From the NCBI GenBank assembly GCA_965221165.1, contig CBDCRP010000003.1, positions 64,001-128,000 of the forward strand: a stretch of 64,000 bases of DNA, in the 5' to 3' direction. Made by a program: the position numbers and the translations under genes. The stretch is from a bacterium (GTDB taxonomy: Bacteria; UBA8248). This document shows positions 18,705-26,803 of this stretch, piece by piece. Under the pieces are notes generated by a model, which had not been told where the DNA came from, did no database searches, and saw nothing but the letters and a program-made list of their open reading frames with translations. The stretch's first letter is position 1. Each line of letters opens with the position of its first letter.

Positions 18705-19784
18705 TTGAATGAATCCGCCGCCGACGCGCTTACGCAAGAGGCCCTCTCGCACTGGTACGTCCGCCTTCTGGCGAACGGCATCTCCTACATCGACGCTTCG
18801 GAAGTCATACCCAAAGTAAGTTCCTGGCACGAATGGTGCCGCCTCTGGATGGAGCGCGCAGCCGTTCGCGAGCGGGAAGCCCGCGAGATGGAGAAGGCGG
18901 GCAGGATGTTGAGCGCCGCCGAGGCCTATGTGCGGGCTTCTCTCGCCTATCATTTCGCCCAGTTCGTCTACCATGAGGATCTCGAACTCAAGGCGGAGGC
19001 GCAAAAGAGAAAGGTGGCGGCCTACCTTCGCGCCGCGCCGCATCTGGACCCGCCGGCCGAGCGGGTGGAAATTCCCTGGGCCGGCGGAAGAATTCTGCCG
19101 GGCATCTTGCGAATTCCCGAGGGGGCGAAAGGGGAGGGCGGCGCGCCGTGCGTCGTCCTGGTATCGGGTCTCGATTCCACGAAAGAGGAATTTTATACGC
19201 TCGAAAAAGTCCTCCACGCTCGCGGCATGGCGACTTTCGCCTTCGACGGCCCCGCCCAGGGGGAAAACGCCGACATGCAGATGCGGCCTGATTTTGAGCG
19301 CGTGGTCTCGGTCGTTATGAATCATCTTGTGGAAGATGCGCGGCTGGACTCCTCCCGTATCGGGGCCCTGGGGGTGAGTCTGGGCGGCTACTATGCGCCG
19401 CGCAGCCTTGCGGGCGAGCCTCGCCTGAGGGCGGGAGTCGGCGTGTGCGGACCATACGACATGGTGGAGATATGGGAGGGTTTACCCGCATTGACCCGCC
19501 AGGGAGTCTGCGTCTCCTTTCAGACGGAGAACGAAGAACAGGGCGCACTCAAATCGCAGGAAATTTCCCTGGGCGGGTGTTTAAGCGGTCTGGATCGGCC
19601 CCTGCTGATCATTCACGGCGCGCGCGACAGGCTGTGCCCCGTGGAGCAGGCCCACAAGATAGCGGCGGAGGCGGGTGATGCGTGCGAACTCGTGGTGTAT
19701 CCAGAAGGCGCACACGTATGCAACAACATTCCCTTTTTATGGCGACCCCTCGCCGCCGACTGGCTTGCGGACAAACTGAAGTAA
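18705..19784 (+). CDS. Alpha/beta hydrolase (2,6-dihydroxypseudooxynicotine hydrolase/FrsA-like)
   Basis: GLDSTKEE, FDGPAQGE, nucleophile GVSLGG, catalytic His in GAHVCNN. TTG after GAGGAG. Confidence 0.85.
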   Translation: MNESAADALTQEALSHWYVRLLANGISYIDASEVIPKVSSWHEWCRLWMERAAVREREAREMEKAGRMLSAAEAYVRASLAYHFAQFVYHEDLELKAEAQKRKVAAYLRAAPHLDPPAERVEIPWAGGRILPGILRIPEGAKGEGGAPCVVLVSGLDSTKEEFYTLEKVLHARGMATFAFDGPAQGENADMQMRPDFERVVSVVMNHLVEDARLDSSRIGALGVSLGGYYAPRSLAGEPRLRAGVGVCGPYDMVEIWEGLPALTRQGVCVSFQTENEEQGALKSQEISLGGCLSGLDRPLLIIHGARDRLCPVEQAHKIAAEAGDACELVVYPEGAHVCNNIPFLWRPLAADWLADKLK

Positions 19785-19863
19785 CTGAGCAGCAAAGATG
19801 AAGACGAATCCCTGATCGTCTCTTGACTCTTGATGCGAGTTGGGTAAACTTTTTGCGCTGTAT

Positions 19864-19938
19864 GCGGGAATAGCTCAGTGGTAGAGCACAACGTTGCCAA
19901 CGTTGGGGTCGCGGGTTCAAATCCCGTTTCCCGCTCCA
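19864..19938 (+). tRNA. tRNA-Gly (GCC)
   Basis: GCGGGAA acceptor stem, D-arm AGCTCAGTGGTAGAGC, anticodon arm CAACG-TTGCCAA-CGTTG, GGTTCAAATCC, encoded CCA. Confidence 0.98.
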
Positions 19939-19953
19939 TTTATCCATGACAAA

Positions 19954-19981
19954 GCGGGGAGCGCGGGCATGCGTTCCCCGC
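19954..19981. terminator. Hairpin between the convergent tRNA-Gly and NIPSNAP genes
   Basis: GCGGGGAGCGC...GCGTTCCCCGC inverted repeat. Confidence 0.5.
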
Positions 19982-20610
19982 TATTTCATGGGCGAATAAT
20001 CCACCGGATACCAGATCTCGGAAGTCTCGCTCCGCAAGTAGGGTTTGTAGCCGCTCTCCCAACCTGGGAGATTCGCGGCGTCTCTTTGCACCTCGGCCCA
20101 GTGGTTCAAATCCCGATAAGGCCAGATGTGCAGAAACTCGTTCAGGATGCCGGACTCAAACTCTCCCGCCGGGTTGGCGAACGCCGCCGCCAGGGGTGAG
20201 AGGCGCTCCCTTTCGGGAAGATTCTTCTCCCACGCCGCGCTGATGGCGCGCATCTTGCCCGTGAGCATCACGTCGCTCCTGATCTCGTACACACCGCCCA
20301 TTTCGCCCGCCCGCGGTTTAGGACAAAACGGCGCGGCCCGCATGATCCTTGTTTGCTGGTGGAGGATTTTGTCCACCCTGAGCGGCGGCCACCACGGCTG
20401 GGCGAGGGCTTCGGCGCGCGCTTGTTCGCGGTGGGCGGAGTTCTCATACTCCCAAATGTGCAGAATCCTGTTCAGCCCACCAATGGCGGAGATGAAAAAA
20501 CCGACGAGCGGGGATATGGCGGCTCTTTTCTCGATGATCCTGCCGAAATCCTCCACGCCCTCGGTGGCGTCGCCTGCCGTGAACGTGTACGCGCGAACTT
20601 CATAGATCAT
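19981..20610 (-). CDS. NIPSNAP family protein (two domains)
   Basis: MIYEVRAY..GGLNRILHIWEY and GGVYEIR..LNEFLHIWPY; ends YSPMK. Confidence 0.85.
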   Translation of the reverse strand: MIYEVRAYTFTAGDATEGVEDFGRIIEKRAAISPLVGFFISAIGGLNRILHIWEYENSAHREQARAEALAQPWWPPLRVDKILHQQTRIMRAAPFCPKPRAGEMGGVYEIRSDVMLTGKMRAISAAWEKNLPERERLSPLAAAFANPAGEFESGILNEFLHIWPYRDLNHWAEVQRDAANLPGWESGYKPYLRSETSEIWYPVDYSPMK

Positions 20611-20761
20611 GGGATATGGGCTCTCCATAAAATGGATACCGAAAAACATCGTCAAACCGCTGGAGTCAATATAATCTGCCTTACAAACCATCTATAATAC
20701 AATGAATGAACAGTATCTATTTCTTCATTGATGGATATATCTGCGTAAATGGAGGCTGAAT

Positions 20762-21481
20762 ATGGACAGGGCGGTATGGGCGATCATCTACGATCTGCCC
20801 GAGGAGGGACGGGATGAATACATGGAGTGGTACCACGGAGTCCACATCCCAGAAAAACTTGCTCGCCCGGGCTACACCTGGGCGGCGCACTATGAGGTGA
20901 AGCATCCGGGGGAGAGGTTCGAGAAAATAGCGGCGCGCCTGAACCGCACCGACGATCCTGCCCTTGCATCAGGCGCAGGATTCATCGCGCTGTTCGGCGG
21001 GGAATCCACCCGGGTCTTCTACGATCCCAGTCCTGCGCAGCTAAAAGAACGCCAAAACGCGGAAACCCGTAAAATGACGGGGATGCGGATTCAGGCGAGG
21101 GGACTCATCCTTTGCGAGGAATGGCGGATCGACGGCCCGGACGCAGGAAAGAGGGAAGCGCCCGACGTCATGGCGCCCGCGATTCAGATGGGCCGCTACG
21201 AAGCGCTGGGCAACGATGAGGATCTGGAGGCGTTTTACGCCCAGGAGCGCATGGCGGGAGTCGCGGATACGCCCGGCTGCATCGGCGCAAGAAAATACCT
21301 GGTGGCGACTGGTTCGCCCAAACATTCCGTGCTGTATGAGTTCACATCGCTCGAAGCGCGCGCGGAGAACTACATCGCGCTCGAGGAGACCGAATGGACG
21401 AAGCGCGTGCATGGATACCTCGTGCATCCCCCCGGCTCGCCTCTGGCGGCAAGCCGCATCTGGCCGCAGCAGAACGGGTAG
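20762..21481 (+). CDS. Hypothetical protein, tandem EthD/DUF4286-like domains
   Basis: EYMEWYHGVHIPEKLARPG and FYAQERM...PGCIGARKY repeats. GGAGG RBS. Confidence 0.6.
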   Translation: MDRAVWAIIYDLPEEGRDEYMEWYHGVHIPEKLARPGYTWAAHYEVKHPGERFEKIAARLNRTDDPALASGAGFIALFGGESTRVFYDPSPAQLKERQNAETRKMTGMRIQARGLILCEEWRIDGPDAGKREAPDVMAPAIQMGRYEALGNDEDLEAFYAQERMAGVADTPGCIGARKYLVATGSPKHSVLYEFTSLEARAENYIALEETEWTKRVHGYLVHPPGSPLAASRIWPQQNG

Positions 21482-21593
21482 GGCCACTTGCGCAAACCCG
21501 ATGAAATTTGCCCGTCATCCCGGCTGGGGAATAGGGTGTTTCTCAAAATCGCCACCCCTTCCTTTTCGATCAGGCTTGATAATTGCCTTTGAT

Positions 21594-21724
21594 CGTCTTT
21601 CCGGCGCATGCCGGAATCCAGGGAATTTGCATTTTGCCTCTATGCCTACCGATCACATGGAAATGTAAGGCCGCAACGTCTTCCATCTTCTCGGTTCTGG
21701 ATTCCGGCATGCGCCGGAATGACG
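21594..21724. repeat. Inverted pair of 28-bp palindromic repeats (GTCATTCC..GGAATCC type)
   Basis: 21594-21621 CGTCTTTCCGGCGCATGCCGGAATCCAG matches the reverse complement of 21697-21724 with one mismatch. Confidence 0.9.
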
Positions 21725-21821
21725 GAGCTTTTTGTGGGGTCCCGCTATGCAGATAGGATACCCGCCCTAGCCTATGCGGCTTTTTCGTCCATCTTCCGCT
21801 ATAATGCTCGAAATCACCATT

Positions 21822-22682
21822 ATGAGGATTGCGCTCATGATGCAAAAACCGGCAATGATTTTTCTCCTCCTCGCATTTGGCTTGTCCCTGGTGTTTGCTG
21901 AAGCCGGACACGCCGATTCACGAATAAAGATGGGCAAGGGCAAATACGCGAGCATGGCGCTCATCCCCGCCGGACCGTTCACGATGGGCAGGAACGATGG
22001 TCCTTACGAGGAAAAACCCGCGCACCGCGTGTTTCTGCCTGCTTATTACATCGACCGGAATCTGGTGACCTGGGCGGATTATCTCCCCTTCATTCAAGAG
22101 AGGGGCCCGGAGGGACCGAAAGGGGAGATGTACCTGGATACCGACGACCCGGACGCCAAAATCATTCCCAAAAGAGACGCCTGGGTCATCGAGAAAGGTT
22201 TTGAAAAATTCCCGGCAAGCGAGATGGCCTGGAGCGGGGCTTTAGCCTATTGCCGCTGGAAGAGGAAGAAGCTGCCAACCGAAGCGCAATGGGAAAAGGC
22301 GGCGCGCGGAGGCGACGGACGCCTCTACCCGTGGGGCAACCAGAAGCCGTCGGGAGAATACCTGCTCCTTGGGGATTTCAGGGGCCAGACGGTAGTTGTG
22401 GGCAGCTACCCCAAGGGCGCGAGCCCATACGGGGTGAACGACATGGCGGGGCAGGTGTGGGAGTGGACGGCCTCTCTGGCGATGCATTACCCCTACAAGC
22501 CCAAAGACGGACGCGAGAGTTTGGGCGCGGTGGATGCGCGCGTGATCCGGGGCGGCAACTCGGCGAGTGCGCCGGACGGCATGACGGCCACGAGCCGGGA
22601 AGTCGTAATGCCCGGCAGACAGGCGACGGGGCACGGCTACATCGGCTTTCGGTGCGCCGCCCAGCCGCCTCATTCGACTTGA
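21822..22682 (+). CDS. Formylglycine-generating enzyme (SUMF1/PvdO) family protein with signal peptide
   Basis: IPAGPFTMG, LPTEAQWEKAARG, YPWGN, DMAGQVWEW, GFRCA. Confidence 0.88.
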   Translation: MRIALMMQKPAMIFLLLAFGLSLVFAEAGHADSRIKMGKGKYASMALIPAGPFTMGRNDGPYEEKPAHRVFLPAYYIDRNLVTWADYLPFIQERGPEGPKGEMYLDTDDPDAKIIPKRDAWVIEKGFEKFPASEMAWSGALAYCRWKRKKLPTEAQWEKAARGGDGRLYPWGNQKPSGEYLLLGDFRGQTVVVGSYPKGASPYGVNDMAGQVWEWTASLAMHYPYKPKDGRESLGAVDARVIRGGNSASAPDGMTATSREVVMPGRQATGHGYIGFRCAAQPPHST

Positions 22683-22750
22683 TGGATGGGAATAGTGTTT
22701 TTATTCCCTAAAGAGGGGTGTGTGGTACTCTCTTTCAGGAAATGACGGCC

Positions 22751-22972
22751 TCACCACAGCGCGCGGGTGAGGTCGCTCAGGGAGCATTTCTGGCGGCCGG
22801 CGGCATCGAAATTATCAGGCTCAAGCCAGCGTGCGTGGGCTTCCCGTACGGCGGGCCATTCCTCTTGCGTGATGGAGAACCAGGCGGTGTCCCGGCTGCG
22901 TCCTTTGACGATCACGTGGTTCAGGAAAATTCCCTCGTAGCGAAAGCACAGACTCAGAGCCGCGGCGTGCGA
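22751..22972 (-). pseudogene. Duplicated 3' fragment of the GNAT gene at 24249-24980
   Basis: Last 64 aa are identical at 58 positions to the GNAT C-terminus. No N-terminal part. Confidence 0.9.
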
Positions 22973-23234
22973 CAAACCGTTTTCGACTGGCCGAAAATAA
23001 ATCTGAACCAAACCACAGACCTCGAAACCCAATCACCCCATCAACAACCCACATGAAACCGGTCGGTTTTTCAGCACCCTGGAAAGATATGTGGATTATT
23101 TCGACTTTAATGGTGAAGGGGCGAAGATGAACATTTTCATTGCCGCTTCGAGTACGAGAGTGCTAAGTTGGATCGTACGGGGAAGATGATAGAATGCCAG
23201 GAAGTACATTATGGTTTTAGCCAGAGGACCCTTC

Positions 23235-24227
23235 ATGAAATCCATTCCTATGCTGCTCGTTCTGTCGTTTCTACTGACCGCCTGCATGGGAAGCGGCGGC
23301 GGCTCGCCCGCCGGGGTCCCTATCATGTTCGAGAGGAATTCCGAGTTCGACGGCGAGAGCCTGCGGTTTTTCGTGACGCTGGACGACGGAACCGAGGCTT
23401 CCGTCAACACGACCGACGATGTCATCGGGACGGCGCCCGGCGCAACGCCCATACCTGGCCATCAGGCGCTTACCTGGACGTTCCTGAAGATTTCGGATGA
23501 CGCCACATCGGTAGCCCACAGCCTGGTGAGTTGGGACCCGGACGACCCGGCGGACTACCTCGTGGCCGGCTGGTGGGCGGAGTTCCCCGACCAGAAGCCG
23601 CCGCTTTCGTTCAAGGGATCGGTGCGGTACGCGATTATCGACGGCCCGGAGATCAACCATGACGTCGCGCCGCAACTGCCGGTCGACGGGACGGCCACTT
23701 ACGCGGGTCCGGCCGGGGGGCTCTACACATACGAGGCCGGGAGCGACTGGGGGGAGAATGAGGGCGAATTCGTGCTCGAGGAGTACCAGGGGGCGATCAC
23801 CCTCATCGCGGACTTCGAAGACGGCACTCTGAAAGGCTGCATCGGGTGCGTGGGCGATCTCGTCACGCAGCGCGGGCATTTCGGCGTTTTCCTAGGCCAA
23901 GAGGTGAGCGACGTGCAGGGCATCGCCAAGGATTACGAGATCCACCTCGCCACGGCGATAATCAGAGAGGACGGCACGTTCGATCGCGACAGGGTGACGG
24001 TGAAACACCCGGAGCGGACCGTCACGCTATCGGAGGGATTCTGGGGCGGTTCCCTTTCCAGCCGCCAGGACACGGACGGGAACCCCCGGCTGGTGGCGGG
24101 CTTCAGCCGCGCTGTTTTCGAGGAGAGCGACGGCAGCGCGGGCGCGTTCGTCGGATCGTTCGTGGGCATTAGCGAGACCTTCCGGAATAACGGGGTGTCT
24201 CGTTATCCTCCCCGTGATGGCAACTGA
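23235..24227 (+). CDS. Predicted lipoprotein, possible TbpB-like beta-barrel surface protein
   Basis: Lipobox LLTA-C and a Gly/Ser linker; LPVDGTATYAG.AGG.Y, LIADF, GFWGG, FVGSFVG. Confidence 0.7.
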   Translation: MKSIPMLLVLSFLLTACMGSGGGSPAGVPIMFERNSEFDGESLRFFVTLDDGTEASVNTTDDVIGTAPGATPIPGHQALTWTFLKISDDATSVAHSLVSWDPDDPADYLVAGWWAEFPDQKPPLSFKGSVRYAIIDGPEINHDVAPQLPVDGTATYAGPAGGLYTYEAGSDWGENEGEFVLEEYQGAITLIADFEDGTLKGCIGCVGDLVTQRGHFGVFLGQEVSDVQGIAKDYEIHLATAIIREDGTFDRDRVTVKHPERTVTLSEGFWGGSLSSRQDTDGNPRLVAGFSRAVFEESDGSAGAFVGSFVGISETFRNNGVSRYPPRDGN

Positions 24228-24248
24228 TCGATTGCAAAACGCCCGTTT

Positions 24249-24980
24249 TCACCAAAGCGCGCGGGTGAGGTCGCTCAGGGAGCATTTCTGGCGGCCTTCG
24301 GGGTCGAAATTATCCGGCGCGAGCCAGCGTGCGTGGGCATCGCGGACGGCGGGCCATTCCTCCTGCGTGAGGGAGAACCAGGCGGTGTCCCGGCTGCGTC
24401 CCTTGACAATCGTGTGGTTCAGGAAAATTCCCTCATAGCGAAAGCCAAGGCGCAGGGCCGCGCTGCGCGAGGCTGCGTTCAAGGCGTTGCATTTCCACTC
24501 CAGGCGGCGATAGCCGAGGGTTTCCAGGACGTGGCGCATCTTGAGCGAGAGCACCTCGGTGGCTTGCACATTGCGCTGCCAGGCGCGACCGAACCAGATG
24601 TGGCCGATTTCTGCGACGCCCACGGCGGGCCTGATTTCCATAAAACCGCCCATCCCGCCGAGGCGGCCGGTATCACTATCGCGGTAAACGGTGAAAACCG
24701 GGTCTTGAGACGCCTGGCGTTCGACCAGCCAGGCATGTACTTCGGCCTCATTGGAGAAGGGACCGTAGCCAAGATAATCAAATATCCGCTCGGGCTCCTC
24801 GCCTCCGGTCGCGGCCCTGAAGATATCGGCTGAGTCGCGCTCCGCCACGACCGGCTCCAGAGAGGTTCTGGGACCCGAGAGCGCGACGCCCTCGAAGCCC
24901 TCCCAGCGGCGTGGCGCGACTTGGGCGTTGCCTATCGGGCGTCTGTTCGCCGCGCTCGCCAACTCCTTTTCCGTCGCCAT
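24249..24980 (-). CDS. GNAT family (RimJ/RimL-like) acetyltransferase
   Basis: AEIGHIWF, LGYRRLEWKCNALN..SR.AA.RLGF.YEG.F, RDTAWFS. Confidence 0.9.
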   Translation of the reverse strand: MATEKELASAANRRPIGNAQVAPRRWEGFEGVALSGPRTSLEPVVAERDSADIFRAATGGEEPERIFDYLGYGPFSNEAEVHAWLVERQASQDPVFTVYRDSDTGRLGGMGGFMEIRPAVGVAEIGHIWFGRAWQRNVQATEVLSLKMRHVLETLGYRRLEWKCNALNAASRSAALRLGFRYEGIFLNHTIVKGRSRDTAWFSLTQEEWPAVRDAHARWLAPDNFDPEGRQKCSLSDLTRALW

Positions 24981-25102
24981 GAAAAGCCCTTTTCCATTTC
25001 TGAAAAATTCGATAAATATCGATAAATTCACGGGGTAAAACGATAAATTAAAACGGCCGCATATACTTAAAGTAATAGGTTAACGATATCTTGTAATATC
25101 CT

Positions 25103-25606
25103 CTAAAAGCCTTTATTCAGCGCGAGACCAAAGAAAATAGCGAACAGGGCGAGCACCGCATTCCCGAGGTTCACGCGCTCGAGCGTCTTGAGGAGTTTCA
25201 TGCGCTCATCCGTCGTATCGCCAATGGGGCGCCCGTTTCCGGCGGGGCCAGTCCCACGCGTCAGTCTTAAACCCACGGCGAAAAACTGAAAGCTGATTCC
25301 CATCATCATCAGGAAGACCGTGAGCAGCTTCAGGCCCAAAGGCACGAAGAGTTTGCCGAAAGAAGGGCCCATCGCCATCTTGAGGCCCGTGAGATACCAG
25401 GCGCCCGTCATGATGAGCACACCCATGCATATCAGAATAAAGGGATGATAAAAGCGCAGTATGGAGGTGACTTCGCCCGCAAATTCTTCAGGAGACAGCC
25501 TGCGCCTCAAATGTCCCATGAGGATCCAGAAAAAAACGAGCGCGCCCTCATACAGACAGGCCGCCAATATATGGACGTAAAGTAGCCAGAAATTACTGTT
25601 CGTCAT
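25103..25606 (-). CDS. Four-TM membrane protein (CopD/DUF2269-like)
   Basis: YVHILAA, LIMTG, LKL; four hydrophobic stretches. Confidence 0.6.
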   Translation of the reverse strand: MTNSNFWLLYVHILAACLYEGALVFFWILMGHLRRRLSPEEFAGEVTSILRFYHPFILICMGVLIMTGAWYLTGLKMAMGPSFGKLFVPLGLKLLTVFLMMMGISFQFFAVGLRLTRGTGPAGNGRPIGDTTDERMKLLKTLERVNLGNAVLALFAIFFGLALNKGF

Positions 25607-25634
25607 TCGTATCTTCTAGGAGGAAATGTTTTGT

Positions 25635-25670
25635 AAAAAACACCCCCCGGAGCCTGCGCCCCGGAGGGTG
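25635..25670 (-). terminator. Rho-independent terminator after the nitrilase-family gene
   Basis: Minus strand CACCCTCCGG-loop-CCGGGGGGTG followed by T6. Confidence 0.75.
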
Positions 25671-25677
25671 CTTGTGA

Positions 25678-26535
25678 TTAACCGGCTGCGCCTTCTTTAG
25701 GGAAGAATTTGTCATATAACTCAGGCCTCTGCCACTGGGTCAGCACGCCGGCCTTCGCTCCGTTCTGGCCCGATGAGGTCACCTCGTCTCGTTGTTCGCG
25801 AAGCTCGCGGATTCTCTCCAGATCCACGTCGACCATGAACATGCCGGCCCGCGTGCTCTCGAATACGATCTCCTCGGGCGTCGCCACCATCGCCAGGCCG
25901 CGATGACTCTTTTCAAAAAGGTTCTGTGTGGTGATGACAATCGCCAGGTTTTCTATCGCGCGCGACCAGATGAGGTTCCGCCAGGTGCCCCACAGCTTCT
26001 TCTTGTCCACACCTGCGGGCAGGAAGATGATTTCGGCTCCCCTGAGCGAAAGGGCACGCGTCACTTCGGGCATGTAGACTTCGCTGCACATCGCCATGCC
26101 GACCTGGCCATACTGGGTCTCGAAAACGGGATATTCGTTTCCAGCGACGTACTGAAATTCCCAGATGCCGCCGCCTGTGTAAATCCAGGGGCCCGGGGGA
26201 TGGGTTCTGCGGTAGCGGCCCGAGGGACCGCCGGCGGGCCGAGCGAGATTCAGCAGGTTGTGCGCCGTTTTCTTCTCGTCATCCAGCGGCTCGAGCGTTC
26301 CGTATTGGACATATACGCCGCAGCGATTGGCCACTTCCTCCATCGCCTCGGTCGGGTCGAACGTGGCCGGCATGCGCCAGGGACCCGGATACGATTCGGG
26401 GAAGGCGACAAAATCGGCTCCCTGCGCGGCGGCGTCTTCCACATACCGGACGGCGTCGGCCACGTTTTTCTCATCTTCGGGCGGGGGATATCCCATTGGT
26501 TGCACAAGCGCCAGCCTGAAATTATCGGTGCCCAT
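25678..26535 (-). CDS. Carbon-nitrogen hydrolase (nitrilase superfamily)
   Basis: FPES, YRRTH (Arg at the usual Lys position), MCSEVYMPE..R, RAIEN. Confidence 0.85.
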   Translation of the reverse strand: MGTDNFRLALVQPMGYPPPEDEKNVADAVRYVEDAAAQGADFVAFPESYPGPWRMPATFDPTEAMEEVANRCGVYVQYGTLEPLDDEKKTAHNLLNLARPAGGPSGRYRRTHPPGPWIYTGGGIWEFQYVAGNEYPVFETQYGQVGMAMCSEVYMPEVTRALSLRGAEIIFLPAGVDKKKLWGTWRNLIWSRAIENLAIVITTQNLFEKSHRGLAMVATPEEIVFESTRAGMFMVDVDLERIRELREQRDEVTSSGQNGAKAGVLTQWQRPELYDKFFPKEGAAG

Positions 26536-26569
26536 CTCGGCCCCTCCTTACATGAAAGGATGTTCGGCT

Positions 26570-26755
26570 TTATTTGTCTGCGTAAAGCGTTCCACCAGCC
26601 GCCCATGAGTCCGTTCCGATATCCTGAAATATGACCGTGATGACGTCTTTGGGGGCGCCTGAGTGCTTGTGAACCGTCTCGGTAATTTCATCCGCCATCG
26701 CGCTTTTCGTCTCTTTCGATCTTCCAGACAGCAGGCTTACTTGAACAACGGGCAT
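26570..26755 (-). CDS. 4-oxalocrotonate tautomerase family protein
   Basis: Catalytic Pro1 in MPVVQV..LSGRS.E.K; WAAGG; 61 aa. Confidence 0.9.
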   Translation of the reverse strand: MPVVQVSLLSGRSKETKSAMADEITETVHKHSGAPKDVITVIFQDIGTDSWAAGGTLYADK

Positions 26756-26803
26756 TGGAATACCTCCTTTGGAATGTGAACTCGACTCGTCGGGTATGAA
26801 CTC

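Noticed and set aside
19864-19938. tRNA-Gly as a genomic island integration site
   Set aside because: I saw no duplicated tRNA 3' end and no integrase in the window.
21822-22682. Diversity-generating retroelement target (FGE/CLec fold; also 47276-48166)
   Set aside because: No reverse transcriptase and no template/variable repeat pair with adenine-specific mismatches. The nearby GNAT duplication differs mostly at synonymous sites.
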